A stretch of 53,491 nt of DNA from Salinigranum sp. (GTDB lineage: Archaea; Halobacteriota; Halobacteria; Halobacteriales; Haloferacaceae). Shown in pieces: positions 27,325 through 36,758 of the stretch. Every line of letters begins with the position of its first letter. The first letter of the stretch is position 1. The notes beneath the pieces are model-generated. The model saw only the letters and a list, made by a program, of their open reading frames with translations, was not told where the DNA came from and ran no database searches. The stretch is taken from assembly GCA_041641615.1 (NCBI GenBank), contig JBEPYA010000001.1, positions 1-53,491 of the forward strand, read 5' to 3'. A program made the translations under genes and the position numbers.

Positions 27325-28560
27325 ATGAGCGACGCGGGCGTACTCACCCGGCTCGCCCGGCTGGTCGCCGACGCCGACCGCGTGCCGACCGCCCAGCGCG
27401 CCGTCCTCGGCTACTACGCGGAGACCGGCACGTTCGACGCGCGGGCGCTCGAACTCAAATCACGGGTCGACGGCGTGATGGACGAGATCTTAGAAGAGCT
27501 CTACGGCGAGTGCGAACGGGCGCTCGCCGCGGCGCTCGGCGTGCGCGAGGACAGGGTATCGTTCACGTACGAGACGAAGCTGACGCTGCCGGCCGAACTG
27601 ACGCTCGGATATCTCTTCCGCCGGGCGCGCTCGCGGGCGACGGCGGGGTACGATCCGCTCGCGGACGGCGGAGCGCGGAAACTCCCGACCTGGGTACCTC
27701 GACCGGGTGGGCGACCGGACACCATCGCCCACCGAAACGGCACGAACCGCGACGCGGACCAGTTCGTCGCGGACGCGCGCGAGATGACGGCGTTCGTGGT
27801 CGCCGCGCTCCTCGACGGCGACATGCGCGACGCCATCAACGACGAAGAGTTCGACGACTTCGTCGTCACGGTCGAGGGGGCGGACCCCGGAGAGGAAGAA
27901 CGGGTCGCCGAAATCACCCAGTCGTGTCTCCAGTCGCGGGTCGAGGCCGGGTTCGCGTCGTACCCCGACGGCGTTCGTGAAGCGTACGACCACGCGGTCG
28001 AGGTGAGCGAGGCACACCAGGCACAGGACGAGCGGTTCCGCGAGCTGATGACGGCGGCGAGCGGCGAGTCCGACGAAGCGCTGTCGCGCGAGGAGGCCCG
28101 CGCGGCCATCGAGGCCGAGTACAAACACCGGCCGATGGCCGACGACGACCACCCCTTCACCCGGGAGGAGCTCGACCTGCCCTACCTGACGACGCAGTAC
28201 GACCGCGTCGGCGTCATCTACCACGGGATGCTCGAGATGTACCGCGCGGCGGGGTTCGAGATAGAACCGGCGTTCGAACGCTCCATCGTCTTCGCCATCA
28301 TCGGCGCGCAGGTGTGGCTCGACGACGTCGACGACTACCGCGTGGACGTCGAGGAGGGACAGCTCACCCCCGTCACTGCCGAGTACCTCCTCGACGACTC
28401 CGACCGGGAGGCGTTCGAGACCATCATCGACGTCTCGAACGCCTACTTCGACCGGGCTCGCCGATACGCCGACGCCGCTGACTCGACGCTGACGGGTATC
28501 GCGGTCGAGTACATCCTCCACTCCGGTGACGTCGCACACCTCCCCGGCGCCGACAGCTGA
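27325..28560 (+). CDS. All-helical protein with a class I isoprenoid-synthase-like Asp-rich motif
   Basis: QVWLDDVDDYRVDVEEGQLTP resembles QxxDDxxD...DxxxGxxT; GGAGG precedes ATG 27325. Confidence 0.6.
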   Translation: MSDAGVLTRLARLVADADRVPTAQRAVLGYYAETGTFDARALELKSRVDGVMDEILEELYGECERALAAALGVREDRVSFTYETKLTLPAELTLGYLFRRARSRATAGYDPLADGGARKLPTWVPRPGGRPDTIAHRNGTNRDADQFVADAREMTAFVVAALLDGDMRDAINDEEFDDFVVTVEGADPGEEERVAEITQSCLQSRVEAGFASYPDGVREAYDHAVEVSEAHQAQDERFRELMTAASGESDEALSREEARAAIEAEYKHRPMADDDHPFTREELDLPYLTTQYDRVGVIYHGMLEMYRAAGFEIEPAFERSIVFAIIGAQVWLDDVDDYRVDVEEGQLTPVTAEYLLDDSDREAFETIIDVSNAYFDRARRYADAADSTLTGIAVEYILHSGDVAHLPGADS

Positions 28561-28610
28561 ATCCGATGGACGGTTTCTGAATCGATCAGGGGAACGATTC
28601 TCCCCCACAA

Positions 28611-28820
28611 CACCACCGTGTCCGCCGTTGTGCTTATAAAATCAACTATCCGATATCTTATGACCTATGGGCATATTTTCGAAACACACCACTGTGTCCG
28701 TCGTTGTGCTGATACGAACCCGAGAACAGCGGACACAGTGGTGTGTGTCCCCGGTAGGTTTATATATGAGGTCGACTCCCGAGGGCGAGGTGCGGCGAAG
28801 GGGAACACCACCGTGTCCGC
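28611..28820. repeat. ORB-like repeats downstream of orc1/cdc6
   Basis: CACCACYGTGTCCGY at 28611, 28687 and 28806; inverted copy at 28729-28743. Confidence 0.8.
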
Positions 28821-28853
28821 AGTTCTGGGGCGGAGACAGGTGGGGAAACGGGG

Positions 28854-30098
28854 CTACTCGAAGTCGTCGAGCGTCGCTGTCGGCGGGTCGTCGAGGTGCT
28901 CCTCGATGGAGTCGTGGACGCCGACGAGTTCGACGGTCTCGGCCATCGCCGAGAGGAGAAGTTCGACGTCCATGTCGAGGGCGTACTCCCGGTAGGTGCC
29001 GCCGCGGCGTCCTTCGTTGCGTTCGGTGACGCTCACGATGCCGAGCATCGCCAGCTCCGAGAGGTGGTCGCGCATCCGTCTCGGCACGAGGGGGTCGCGG
29101 TTCGCGAGTTCGGCGAAGCGCGTGTAGCGGGGTCGGACGTCCCGGGAACGGACGGGCGCTTCTCCTTCCAGATCGAGTGTCAACAACGCGTAGAGAACGA
29201 GGTGGCCGTGCTCGGTGAGACCCGTGATACCCTCCTTGATGCGGCCGCGTTCGAGCGCCCGTCTCCCCCGTCGGACGTGTTCGGCCGTGACGTGTTCGGT
29301 ATCCTCGTCGCGAGCTAGGTCGCCCGCCTTCATCAGGAGGTCGATGGACTGGCGGGCGTCACCCGCGTCCTTCGCGCCGTAGGCGGCACAGAGCGGGATG
29401 ACCTCGTCGTCGAGGACGCCGTCGTGAAAGGCGACGTCGGCGCGTTGCTGGAGGATAGCGCGGAGGTTGGTGGCGTTGTAGGCGGGGAAGTGTATCTCCT
29501 GTTCACAGAGCGAGCTTTTGACCTTCGGAGAGAGGTCGTCGCGGAAGGAGAAGTCGTTCGAGATGCCGATGAGACCGATCTTGGCGTCGCCGACCTTCTC
29601 GTTCGCACGCGCACGGGGGAGCTGGTAGAGGATGCTGTCGTCCTTGATGTGGTCGATCTCGTCGAGGACGATGAGGACCGTCCCGCCGCAGTCGTCGAGT
29701 TCGTCCCAGAGCATCTCGTAGACGGCCCCCAGGGGGTAGCCCGTCGTCGAGATCTGGTTCGTCTCCGACCGGAACTCGTTCACCAGGCGGGTCGCGACCT
29801 GGTACGACGAGGTGAGGCCGTCACAGTTCAGGAACACGACCGTGAGGTCGATGTCGTCGTACTCCGCGACGTCGCTCTTGAGGTGTTCGAGGAGGTATCG
29901 GGTCGCCGCCGTCTTCCCTACGCCCGTCTTGCCGTAGAGGAAGACGTTGTTGGGCTGCTCGCCGTTGATGACGGGCTGGAGCGCGCCCTGGTACGTCCGC
30001 AGCTCCTCGTCTCTCCCGACCAGCTCCTCGGGCTGATAGTCCTCCCGGAGCGCGTCGCGGTCACGATAGATGTCGTGGTCCCGCTCGAAGAGGGCCAT
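28854..30098 (-). CDS. cdc6: Orc1/Cdc6 replication initiator
   Basis: YQPEELVGRDEE, GKTGVGKT, IVLDEID, GDARQSIDLL and a C-terminal wH domain; start MALFER at 30098. Confidence 0.96.
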   Translation of the reverse strand: MALFERDHDIYRDRDALREDYQPEELVGRDEELRTYQGALQPVINGEQPNNVFLYGKTGVGKTAATRYLLEHLKSDVAEYDDIDLTVVFLNCDGLTSSYQVATRLVNEFRSETNQISTTGYPLGAVYEMLWDELDDCGGTVLIVLDEIDHIKDDSILYQLPRARANEKVGDAKIGLIGISNDFSFRDDLSPKVKSSLCEQEIHFPAYNATNLRAILQQRADVAFHDGVLDDEVIPLCAAYGAKDAGDARQSIDLLMKAGDLARDEDTEHVTAEHVRRGRRALERGRIKEGITGLTEHGHLVLYALLTLDLEGEAPVRSRDVRPRYTRFAELANRDPLVPRRMRDHLSELAMLGIVSVTERNEGRRGGTYREYALDMDVELLLSAMAETVELVGVHDSIEEHLDDPPTATLDDFE

Positions 30099-30126
30099 GT
30101 ACCACCCAGTCACGGATCGTTTATAA

Positions 30127-31108
30127 AACCACCGTGTCCGCAGTGTCCGCTGTTCTTCGAGTATATAAAGAACGGCCGGGACACACCCCCTCCACTTTGT
30201 CCGCAGTAACCGCTCACGAGAGGGGGTGGGGGTGCGCGGAGCTCTTGTCACAACACGAACGCTTAATATCATATGCGTTGATGTGGTCCGTAGCCTCGAA
30301 AAACACGTTTAATTCTCTCTCACTAGTGTTAATTTAATAGTCTAGACGAGCCAGCCGTCGACCCCCGTCCCCTCTCGCGAGACGAGAACAGCGGACAAAG
30401 TGGTGTGAGTGTACCCTCCCCCATTTTCGGGGTCGGGTCGGTTTGGGGGACGGCCTCTCCGTGCTCCTCCCGACTCTCGTCTCACTCTCGACTCTCCCTC
30501 CCTCATCTCTTCGCGTTCCTTTCTCTCCTCGCGTCTCTCGTCCTCCCCGTCCCGTCTTCGCGTCTCTTCACGTCTCTTGTCTGCCCCGTCCCATCTTCTC
30601 CGCTCTCGCCCCGTCTTCTCCGCCCTTCTCTCGTCCTCGCCCTCTCGTGTACTGTTCGGTGCCTTCCGTCTCGAGGTCGATCGCATCGAGCCGATAGAAC
30701 GAGAGAGCGGTGTCGCCGCGTGCACCGCGACCACGGGTCGAACACACGACCGAAGAACAGCGGACATTGTGGGGTCGCCTCGACCTACCGAGCGTTCGTT
30801 GAGATACGCGCGATTATTCGAATCCGGCGGTTACTGCGGACACGGTGGTGTTCCGCGAGATGAGACTCGGTGGTTTCCCGTGTCCGCTCGAGACACCGTA
30901 GTTTCCCGCGAGGTGAGCGGCAATCCGTGCGCCTCGACCGTGTCGACGGCCGGATTACTGCGGACACGGTAGAGGGGAACCGCACGTAGGGCGGAAACTC
31001 TCACGGCCACAGCGGGTGCTATCGCGATCACAGCAGTGCGGGCACAACGAGAGTTATCGCGAACACAGCAGTGCGGACACAACGAGAATTACCGCGGACA
31101 CGGTGGTG
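30127..31108. other. Replication origin candidate: ORB-like repeats, AT-rich DUE and G-string
   Basis: Repeats at 30127 and 30190 (forward) and 30391, 30760, 30836, 30960, 31094 (reverse). AT-rich 30300-30345 lies between the oppositely oriented copies; GGGGGTGGGGG at ~30222-30232. Confidence 0.8.
31021..31090 (+). repeat. 35-bp tandem duplication containing a partial origin repeat
   Basis: ATCGCGAWCACAGCAGTGCGGRCACAACGAGARTT twice. Confidence 0.8.
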
Positions 31109-31146
31109 TTCGCGTGCGTCTTTCGACGGGCGAGCGGCTGTCCGTT

Positions 31147-32493
31147 TCAGGCGGTCATCGTCGGCGGTCGGTTCAGTCGGTCGATGAACGTCTCGTAGTC
31201 CGAGAGCACCGCGTCGAGGGAGAAGTCCTCCGCTCTCGTCCCTAACGCCGCGGCCGGAACGGGCGCGTCGAGCGTCTCCAGAATTGCCTCGGCGAACGCG
31301 GCGTCGTCGCCGACGCGGGTGAGGCGGCCGTATCGGCCGTCGGCGAGGATCTCGCGGGGTCCCGACGGGCAGTCCGTCGAGACGATGGGCGTCTCGCAGG
31401 CGAGCGCCTCGAGCAGCACGGTCGGGAGCCCCTCGTGCTTCGAGGAGAGGGCGAACACCGACGCGGCGGCCATGTAGGCGTAGGCGTTGTCGACGTAGCC
31501 GGCGAACGTGACGACGTCACTGAGACCGAATGCCGCCGTGAGCGCTTCCAGTTCGGCGCGGTTCGACCCCGAGCCGCCGATGACGAGTTTGACCCAGGGG
31601 CGTTTCTCGTGGACGCGCCTGAACGCCCGGAGGAGCATCGCGTGGTCTTTCGCGTCTTCGAGCCGGCCGACCGTGAAGACGACGTCGCCCTCCATGAGCT
31701 CTCGCGCCTCCTCGCCGAGTCGCTCGCGCGCGGCGGCGCGGATGTCGTCGACGTCGATGGGGTTGTACAGCACCGACACCCGGTCGTCCGTGACCCGCGT
31801 CCCGGCGACGACGCTGTCGACGACCCCCTGTGAGACGCCGACGACGTGGTCAGCGCGGGGGTAGAGCGCGGAGGCGAGCGTCGCGGTCGCGCGGTCGCGC
31901 AGCCCTGGTCGCACCCCGAACGTGTTGTGCTCGGTGAGGACGAGTCGCGTGTCGACGCCGGCGATGGCGTCGGTGAGGACGCCGACGACGTTCGCGTTCA
32001 TCATCGCCGCGAACAGGACGTCCGGGCGTTCCCGTCTGAGGTACGCGCGGAGCGCCGGGATGGCGGCGAGGACGCCGACCCCCGGTATCTCCGGCGTTTC
32101 CAGGTTGACGACGGTGACCGCCCCGTCGACGCGGTCGAGCAACGGCCCGACGCCGCGGGCGAGGACGAGGTCGACGCTGTACCCGCGGGTGGCGAGGCCG
32201 TTCGCGATGGTGACGGTCACCTGCTGGGCGCCTCCGAGGTTCATCGTCGGAATGAAGAAGGCGACCCGGGGGGTCGGGCGCGTCGTGGCAGCCGCGGCCG
32301 CCCCTGTGGTCGCGGCGCCGTCTCTTCTGCTCCCGACTGCCGCCCCTCGACTCTCGCCGCTCCTGCCGGTCGAGCCGTTTCGGCCGGCCGAACCGTTCGT
32401 CGTCACCCCACGCTCACGGTTTCCGGAGGTCTCGGGGTTCGCGTCCCCCCAGTTCGCGGCGGTGTCATCGCCGCCGAGACGCGCGCCGCTCAC
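31147..32493 (-). CDS. GT4 glycosyltransferase
   Basis: GGAQQV, VGRLEDAKDH and SKHEGLPTVLLEA motifs; GTG start overlapping the upstream stop. Confidence 0.9.
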   Translation of the reverse strand: MSGARLGGDDTAANWGDANPETSGNRERGVTTNGSAGRNGSTGRSGESRGAAVGSRRDGAATTGAAAAATTRPTPRVAFFIPTMNLGGAQQVTVTIANGLATRGYSVDLVLARGVGPLLDRVDGAVTVVNLETPEIPGVGVLAAIPALRAYLRRERPDVLFAAMMNANVVGVLTDAIAGVDTRLVLTEHNTFGVRPGLRDRATATLASALYPRADHVVGVSQGVVDSVVAGTRVTDDRVSVLYNPIDVDDIRAAARERLGEEARELMEGDVVFTVGRLEDAKDHAMLLRAFRRVHEKRPWVKLVIGGSGSNRAELEALTAAFGLSDVVTFAGYVDNAYAYMAAASVFALSSKHEGLPTVLLEALACETPIVSTDCPSGPREILADGRYGRLTRVGDDAAFAEAILETLDAPVPAAALGTRAEDFSLDAVLSDYETFIDRLNRPPTMTA

Positions 32494-33476
32494 GACCCCA
32501 CCACCCGATGAAGGAGCTGTCGACCGCGTCTCGCCGGCGCGTAGGTGTACCGACCGCCGAGCGCCGTCGCGAGGAACAGATAGCCCTCTACGTCCCTCGG
32601 ATCGAGGCGGAGCGACCGGAGGAGGAATCGTCGCGCGTCGGCGTAGTGACCGTGCTGGACGGCGGTTCGACCCATCTTCCCGGCCATCGCGGCCTCGAAC
32701 GCTCGCTCGACCCCGTACTCGGCGGCCAGCGGGCGGAACGTCTCCACGAACAGCGGGTAAGTGACGTCGCGCTTGGTCGCGTAGTTCTTCGTCACCCGGT
32801 CGTCCCCCTCGAGGTGGCGCACGACGAGCGGTTCCTCGCAGGCCGCGAAGGCGCACTCGGTGGAGAGGCGGACGAACCACTCGCGGTCCTGCCAGCTGGG
32901 GAACCGCTCGTCCGGGAACCCGACGGTGTCGAAGACGTCGGCTCGGACCATCACGCCGGAGTACTCCGAGATGGACGCCCCCCGGAGGAGGGCCTCGGTC
33001 ACCCACCCGCCGAGCGTGTGGACGACCGTGTTGACCGGTCGGCCGTCCCGGCGGAGTTCGGTGCCGACGTAGACGAGGCCGACGTCGTCGTCGCTCGCCT
33101 CGAACGTCTCCATCTGCCGGGCGAGCTTCGTCGGCTTCCACTCGTCGTCGTCGTCGAGAAAGGCGACGTACTCGCCGGTCGCGGTGCGAACCCCGCGGTT
33201 CCGCGTCGCGCTCCCGCCGCGGTTCTCCTCGTTTCGGAGGTACGTCACCCGCTGGAGGGCGTCGAGGTCGACGCGCTCGACGACCGGCTCCAGGGGGGTC
33301 GGCGAGCAGTCGTCGACGACGACGAGTTCGATCTTCGGATAGGTCTGCGCGGCGACGCTCTCCAGCGCCCGGCGGAGGCGGTCCGGTCGGTCGTACGTCG
33401 GGAGGACGACGCTGACGAGCGGTGCGTCGGTGCTGACGGGAGGCGCATCGCCGCTGCCGCGCGACGTGTCGGTCAC
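32490..33476 (-). CDS. GT2 glycosyltransferase
   Basis: VSVVLPTYDR, VVDDCS, RNRG and AFLDDDD motifs. Confidence 0.93.
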   Translation of the reverse strand: MTDTSRGSGDAPPVSTDAPLVSVVLPTYDRPDRLRRALESVAAQTYPKIELVVVDDCSPTPLEPVVERVDLDALQRVTYLRNEENRGGSATRNRGVRTATGEYVAFLDDDDEWKPTKLARQMETFEASDDDVGLVYVGTELRRDGRPVNTVVHTLGGWVTEALLRGASISEYSGVMVRADVFDTVGFPDERFPSWQDREWFVRLSTECAFAACEEPLVVRHLEGDDRVTKNYATKRDVTYPLFVETFRPLAAEYGVERAFEAAMAGKMGRTAVQHGHYADARRFLLRSLRLDPRDVEGYLFLATALGGRYTYAPARRGRQLLHRVVGS

Positions 33477-33704
33477 GGCTGGCCCTCGCGCGTGTCGCGG
33501 CAGAGCGAGAGAGAGTCGCGTTCGGTCATTGCCCCCACCGACGGCGGTTACGCCGATAGTTACTCACCGTCTACCGACCCGCTCCGGGTTGTACGCCCAC
33601 CCTACCCGGTTTTCGTCTCGCGTTTTCACCCCCTCGGGACGACCCCTTCGCTCGGTCCGTCGGCTCCGGGACACCTATACCTCCCCCGCGGCGAACACGA
33701 CGGT

Positions 33705-34442
33705 ATGCGACTCGCCGAACGCTCGTGGACGGACGTCGACGCCCTCGACACCGACCTGGCCGTCGTCCCGGTCGGCAGCACCGAACAGCACGGCCCGCAC
33801 GCGCCGCTGGGCACCGACACTTTCACCGCCCGCGCGGTGGCCGACGCCGGCGCCGACGCGTGCGCCCGCGACGTGGTCGTCGCCCCCGCCATCCCCGTCG
33901 GCGTCGCCGAGGAACACCGCCAGTTCACCGGAACGCTCTGGGTCGCCCCCGACACCTTTCGAGCCTACGTCCGCGACGTCGTCGCGAGCCTCGCTCACCA
34001 CGGGTTCGACCGCGTCGTCCTCGTCAACGGCCACGGCGGCAACGTCGACGCCCTCCGCGAGGTCGCCGGCGAGATCACCCGCCACGACGAGGCCTACGCC
34101 GTGCCGTTCACGTGGTTCGACGCCGTCGGCGAGGACTCGAACGAGATGGGCCACGGCGGCCCACTGGAGACGTCGCTCCTCCTCGCGACCCATCCGGACC
34201 TTTTAGACGAGGACCGGTTTCGGGAGGCGAACGAGGGCGGGAGCGACGGGTGGGGCGAGTGGTGCCAGGGGGTGAACCTCGCGTTCGACAGCGCGGAGTT
34301 CACCGACAACGGGACCGTCGGCGACCCGACCCGAGCCACCGGAGCGTGGGGCGAGGAACTCCTCGACCGCGCCGCGACGGCGCTGGCGGCAGTGCTCGAC
34401 ACCGTCGCCGACCGCGACACGACGCGACCCTCACACCGGTAG
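33705..34442 (+). CDS. Creatininase-family amidohydrolase
   Basis: GSTEQHGPHAPLGTD, VNGHGGN and GHGGPLETS motifs; ATG 33705. Confidence 0.92.
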   Translation: MRLAERSWTDVDALDTDLAVVPVGSTEQHGPHAPLGTDTFTARAVADAGADACARDVVVAPAIPVGVAEEHRQFTGTLWVAPDTFRAYVRDVVASLAHHGFDRVVLVNGHGGNVDALREVAGEITRHDEAYAVPFTWFDAVGEDSNEMGHGGPLETSLLLATHPDLLDEDRFREANEGGSDGWGEWCQGVNLAFDSAEFTDNGTVGDPTRATGAWGEELLDRAATALAAVLDTVADRDTTRPSHR

Positions 34443-34537
34443 CCGCTCGTCCAACCCCCACCGGCCGCCCGCGACGTTCGACCCCCGCGACGATGCGGGG
34501 CCCCAACGCGGACAGTGGTGGGCCGTTTCGCCCGGGC

Positions 34538-34814
34538 TTAACCAACAACCCCCGAATTAACCAACAACGTCCGTCCTCCGATCGGTAACTCGCTAAGAAA
34601 ACCCGATAACGGGTACACGAAAAAACCGAGGAATACAGGGAAAAACCACGTGAGAAATATTCCACATATAGCTCGTGCATTCTCGGCTAATACGTAATAT
34701 ATACGCCAATAATCGAAATCACATCGAACATAAACTCCTATAACATACGGATAAAATAGGGAGATACCCGGAAAACACACGGGACAAACACGAATAACAT
34801 ACGTGAATTATACG
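34538..34814. repeat. TTAACCAACAAC direct repeat followed by an ~11-bp-phased A-rich array ending in CG
   Basis: Direct repeats at 34538 and 34557. Phased units end at 34694, 34705, 34715, 34726, 34749, 34760, 34770, 34781, 34792, 34803 and 34814. Confidence 0.7.
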
Positions 34815-34955
34815 ACCTGAGAGTCGTCTAAACACCCTCGTATCGATGGATCTCTCTGAAAACAGTCGATACGCGCACCGACTCACTCACGACGCCGGAG
34901 TTCCAGCCGACCGGGGTGAGAACGGCGAGCCCGCTCGGCTCACCTCGCCCCTCGA

Positions 34956-36653
34956 TCAGTCGAGGTAGCCCATCTGCTTGAGGCGGTCGGCGACGACGTC
35001 GAAGTCCTCGCTCTCTCCGTCCGCTGGCTCGTTCGAGAGGAACCGCCGTTCGCCGACGGCGAGAGGTTCTAGTTCTTGCCCGCGGGACCGTTCGTCCGTC
35101 GTCTCACCCGCGACTTCCACCAGCGGGCGGCCGTCGAGGTCGGTCGGGTCGATTCCGAGTAGCGCGAGGACCGTCGGGGCGACGTCGACGACGGACGGCG
35201 AGGGGACCGCGAAGCCGGCGTCGGGGTCGATTCTCGGGCCGGACGCGACGACGAGGCCGGTCCAAGTGTGGCTGAACTCATCGGTCCCGCCGAAGACGCG
35301 CTCGCGGACCACGTCCGACACCTTCCAGCGCATCCCCGCGGGTCGGAGGAGAATGTCGGGCGCGCTCTCCTCGTTCTCGATCTCGCCGACGAGCGCGTGG
35401 CGGTCCTCGACGGCCTCGAACACGCGCGATCCATCGGGCGCGCGGAGCGCGCGCAGGTCCGCGACGAGCGATTCTCTGAACCCGTCGAACGCCTCGGGTG
35501 CGATCACGCCGCCCGGGTCGCGTCCCGCGACATTGCAGCGGATGCCGAGCGAGGAGAGCGAGCGGCAGTACGCGGCCGAGCGCTCGACGTCGACGTACTC
35601 GCCGGCCTCGACGACTTCGAGGAGGAGCGATTCGGGGAGCAGACGCGCGATGGCCTCGTCGAGGCCGACCCGGGCGAGCGCGCGCTCGACGCGGGTCGGG
35701 GTGACCCCGACCCGCGCGAGCCCACCGAGGACTCCGCCGAGGGCGCGTTCACCCGGCGACGACCCGCCTGTCTCGTGTTCACCTGCGTCCGGCTCTCCCT
35801 CGTCGCGTATCGCGTGCTTCTCGCCCTCGTTCCAGACGTGCCGCGTCGCCTCGGCGGAGGTGACGAGGTCGCCGCGCTCGCGCAGCCAGGCGTTGAGGTA
35901 GACGACCCGGTCGTACTGGTGGATGCCGTGGTCCGAGACCAAGAGGACGGTGCAGTCGTCGCCAGCGAGGTCGCACAGCCGCTTCACGCCGGCGTCGACC
36001 CGGCGGTAGACGCGAGTGACGGCCTCCCTGTCCGTGCCGTCGGTGTGGAAGACGGCGTCGGGTGCCTGGAACTGCACCATCATGAACGACCAGTCCTCAT
36101 CGCTCGCGAGCCGTTCGGCGACGGCGACACGGGAGTCGACGAGGCGCTCGTACTCCTTGATGCGGCCTTCTCGCGAAGTCGCGTCGCGGCCGTAGACGGT
36201 GTAGTCGTCGACGCCCAGTTCTTCTAAGCTCTGTTCCTCGCCGTCGACCATCACGGGGGTCCCCTCGGGCGCGAGGTAGCCGGGGACGAGCGAGCCCTCG
36301 AACGCGTGCAGCGGGTGGGTCACCGGCACGTTCACGACGACGGAGGAAAGCCCGTGTGCCGACAGCGTCTCCCACAGGAAGGGGACGCGGACGTCGGCGG
36401 CGTTCACCAGTCGCGGGGTACCGTCGTCGTACGAGTGGAAGTCGTAGACGCCGTGGCGCCACGGCTCGACGCCGGTGACGACGGAGGGCCACGCCGAGGG
36501 GGTCCAGGGCGGGAACGTCGTGTCGAGGTCGCGGGCGACGCCCTCCTCGACGAGCGCCGAGATGGTCGGCAGCTCGCCCGCGTCGAGCAGCGGATCGAGC
36601 TGCTCGAAGCACGCGGCGTCGATACCGATGAGGAGAACCTTGCCCTGAGTCAT
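34956..36653 (-). CDS. Alkaline phosphatase superfamily protein (type I phosphodiesterase/NPP-like)
   Basis: IGIDAA, PPWTPSAW, PDAVFH, VSDHG, VDVAPTVL and RLKQMGYL motifs. Confidence 0.9.
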   Translation of the reverse strand: MTQGKVLLIGIDAACFEQLDPLLDAGELPTISALVEEGVARDLDTTFPPWTPSAWPSVVTGVEPWRHGVYDFHSYDDGTPRLVNAADVRVPFLWETLSAHGLSSVVVNVPVTHPLHAFEGSLVPGYLAPEGTPVMVDGEEQSLEELGVDDYTVYGRDATSREGRIKEYERLVDSRVAVAERLASDEDWSFMMVQFQAPDAVFHTDGTDREAVTRVYRRVDAGVKRLCDLAGDDCTVLLVSDHGIHQYDRVVYLNAWLRERGDLVTSAEATRHVWNEGEKHAIRDEGEPDAGEHETGGSSPGERALGGVLGGLARVGVTPTRVERALARVGLDEAIARLLPESLLLEVVEAGEYVDVERSAAYCRSLSSLGIRCNVAGRDPGGVIAPEAFDGFRESLVADLRALRAPDGSRVFEAVEDRHALVGEIENEESAPDILLRPAGMRWKVSDVVRERVFGGTDEFSHTWTGLVVASGPRIDPDAGFAVPSPSVVDVAPTVLALLGIDPTDLDGRPLVEVAGETTDERSRGQELEPLAVGERRFLSNEPADGESEDFDVVADRLKQMGYLD

Positions 36654-36758
36654 TACCCTCTCGACGCCCGTTTTCGACATTAACATGGGCCGCCTAACGC
36701 TCTCCTCGCCTTCGACTGACAGGTAGGTCGGGCCTACCGTGACCCGGTTTTCACCCGC

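Noticed and set aside
28611-31108. CRISPR interpretation of the 15-bp and 35-bp repeats
   Set aside because: Irregular spacing, mixed orientation, no cas genes, and they flank cdc6.
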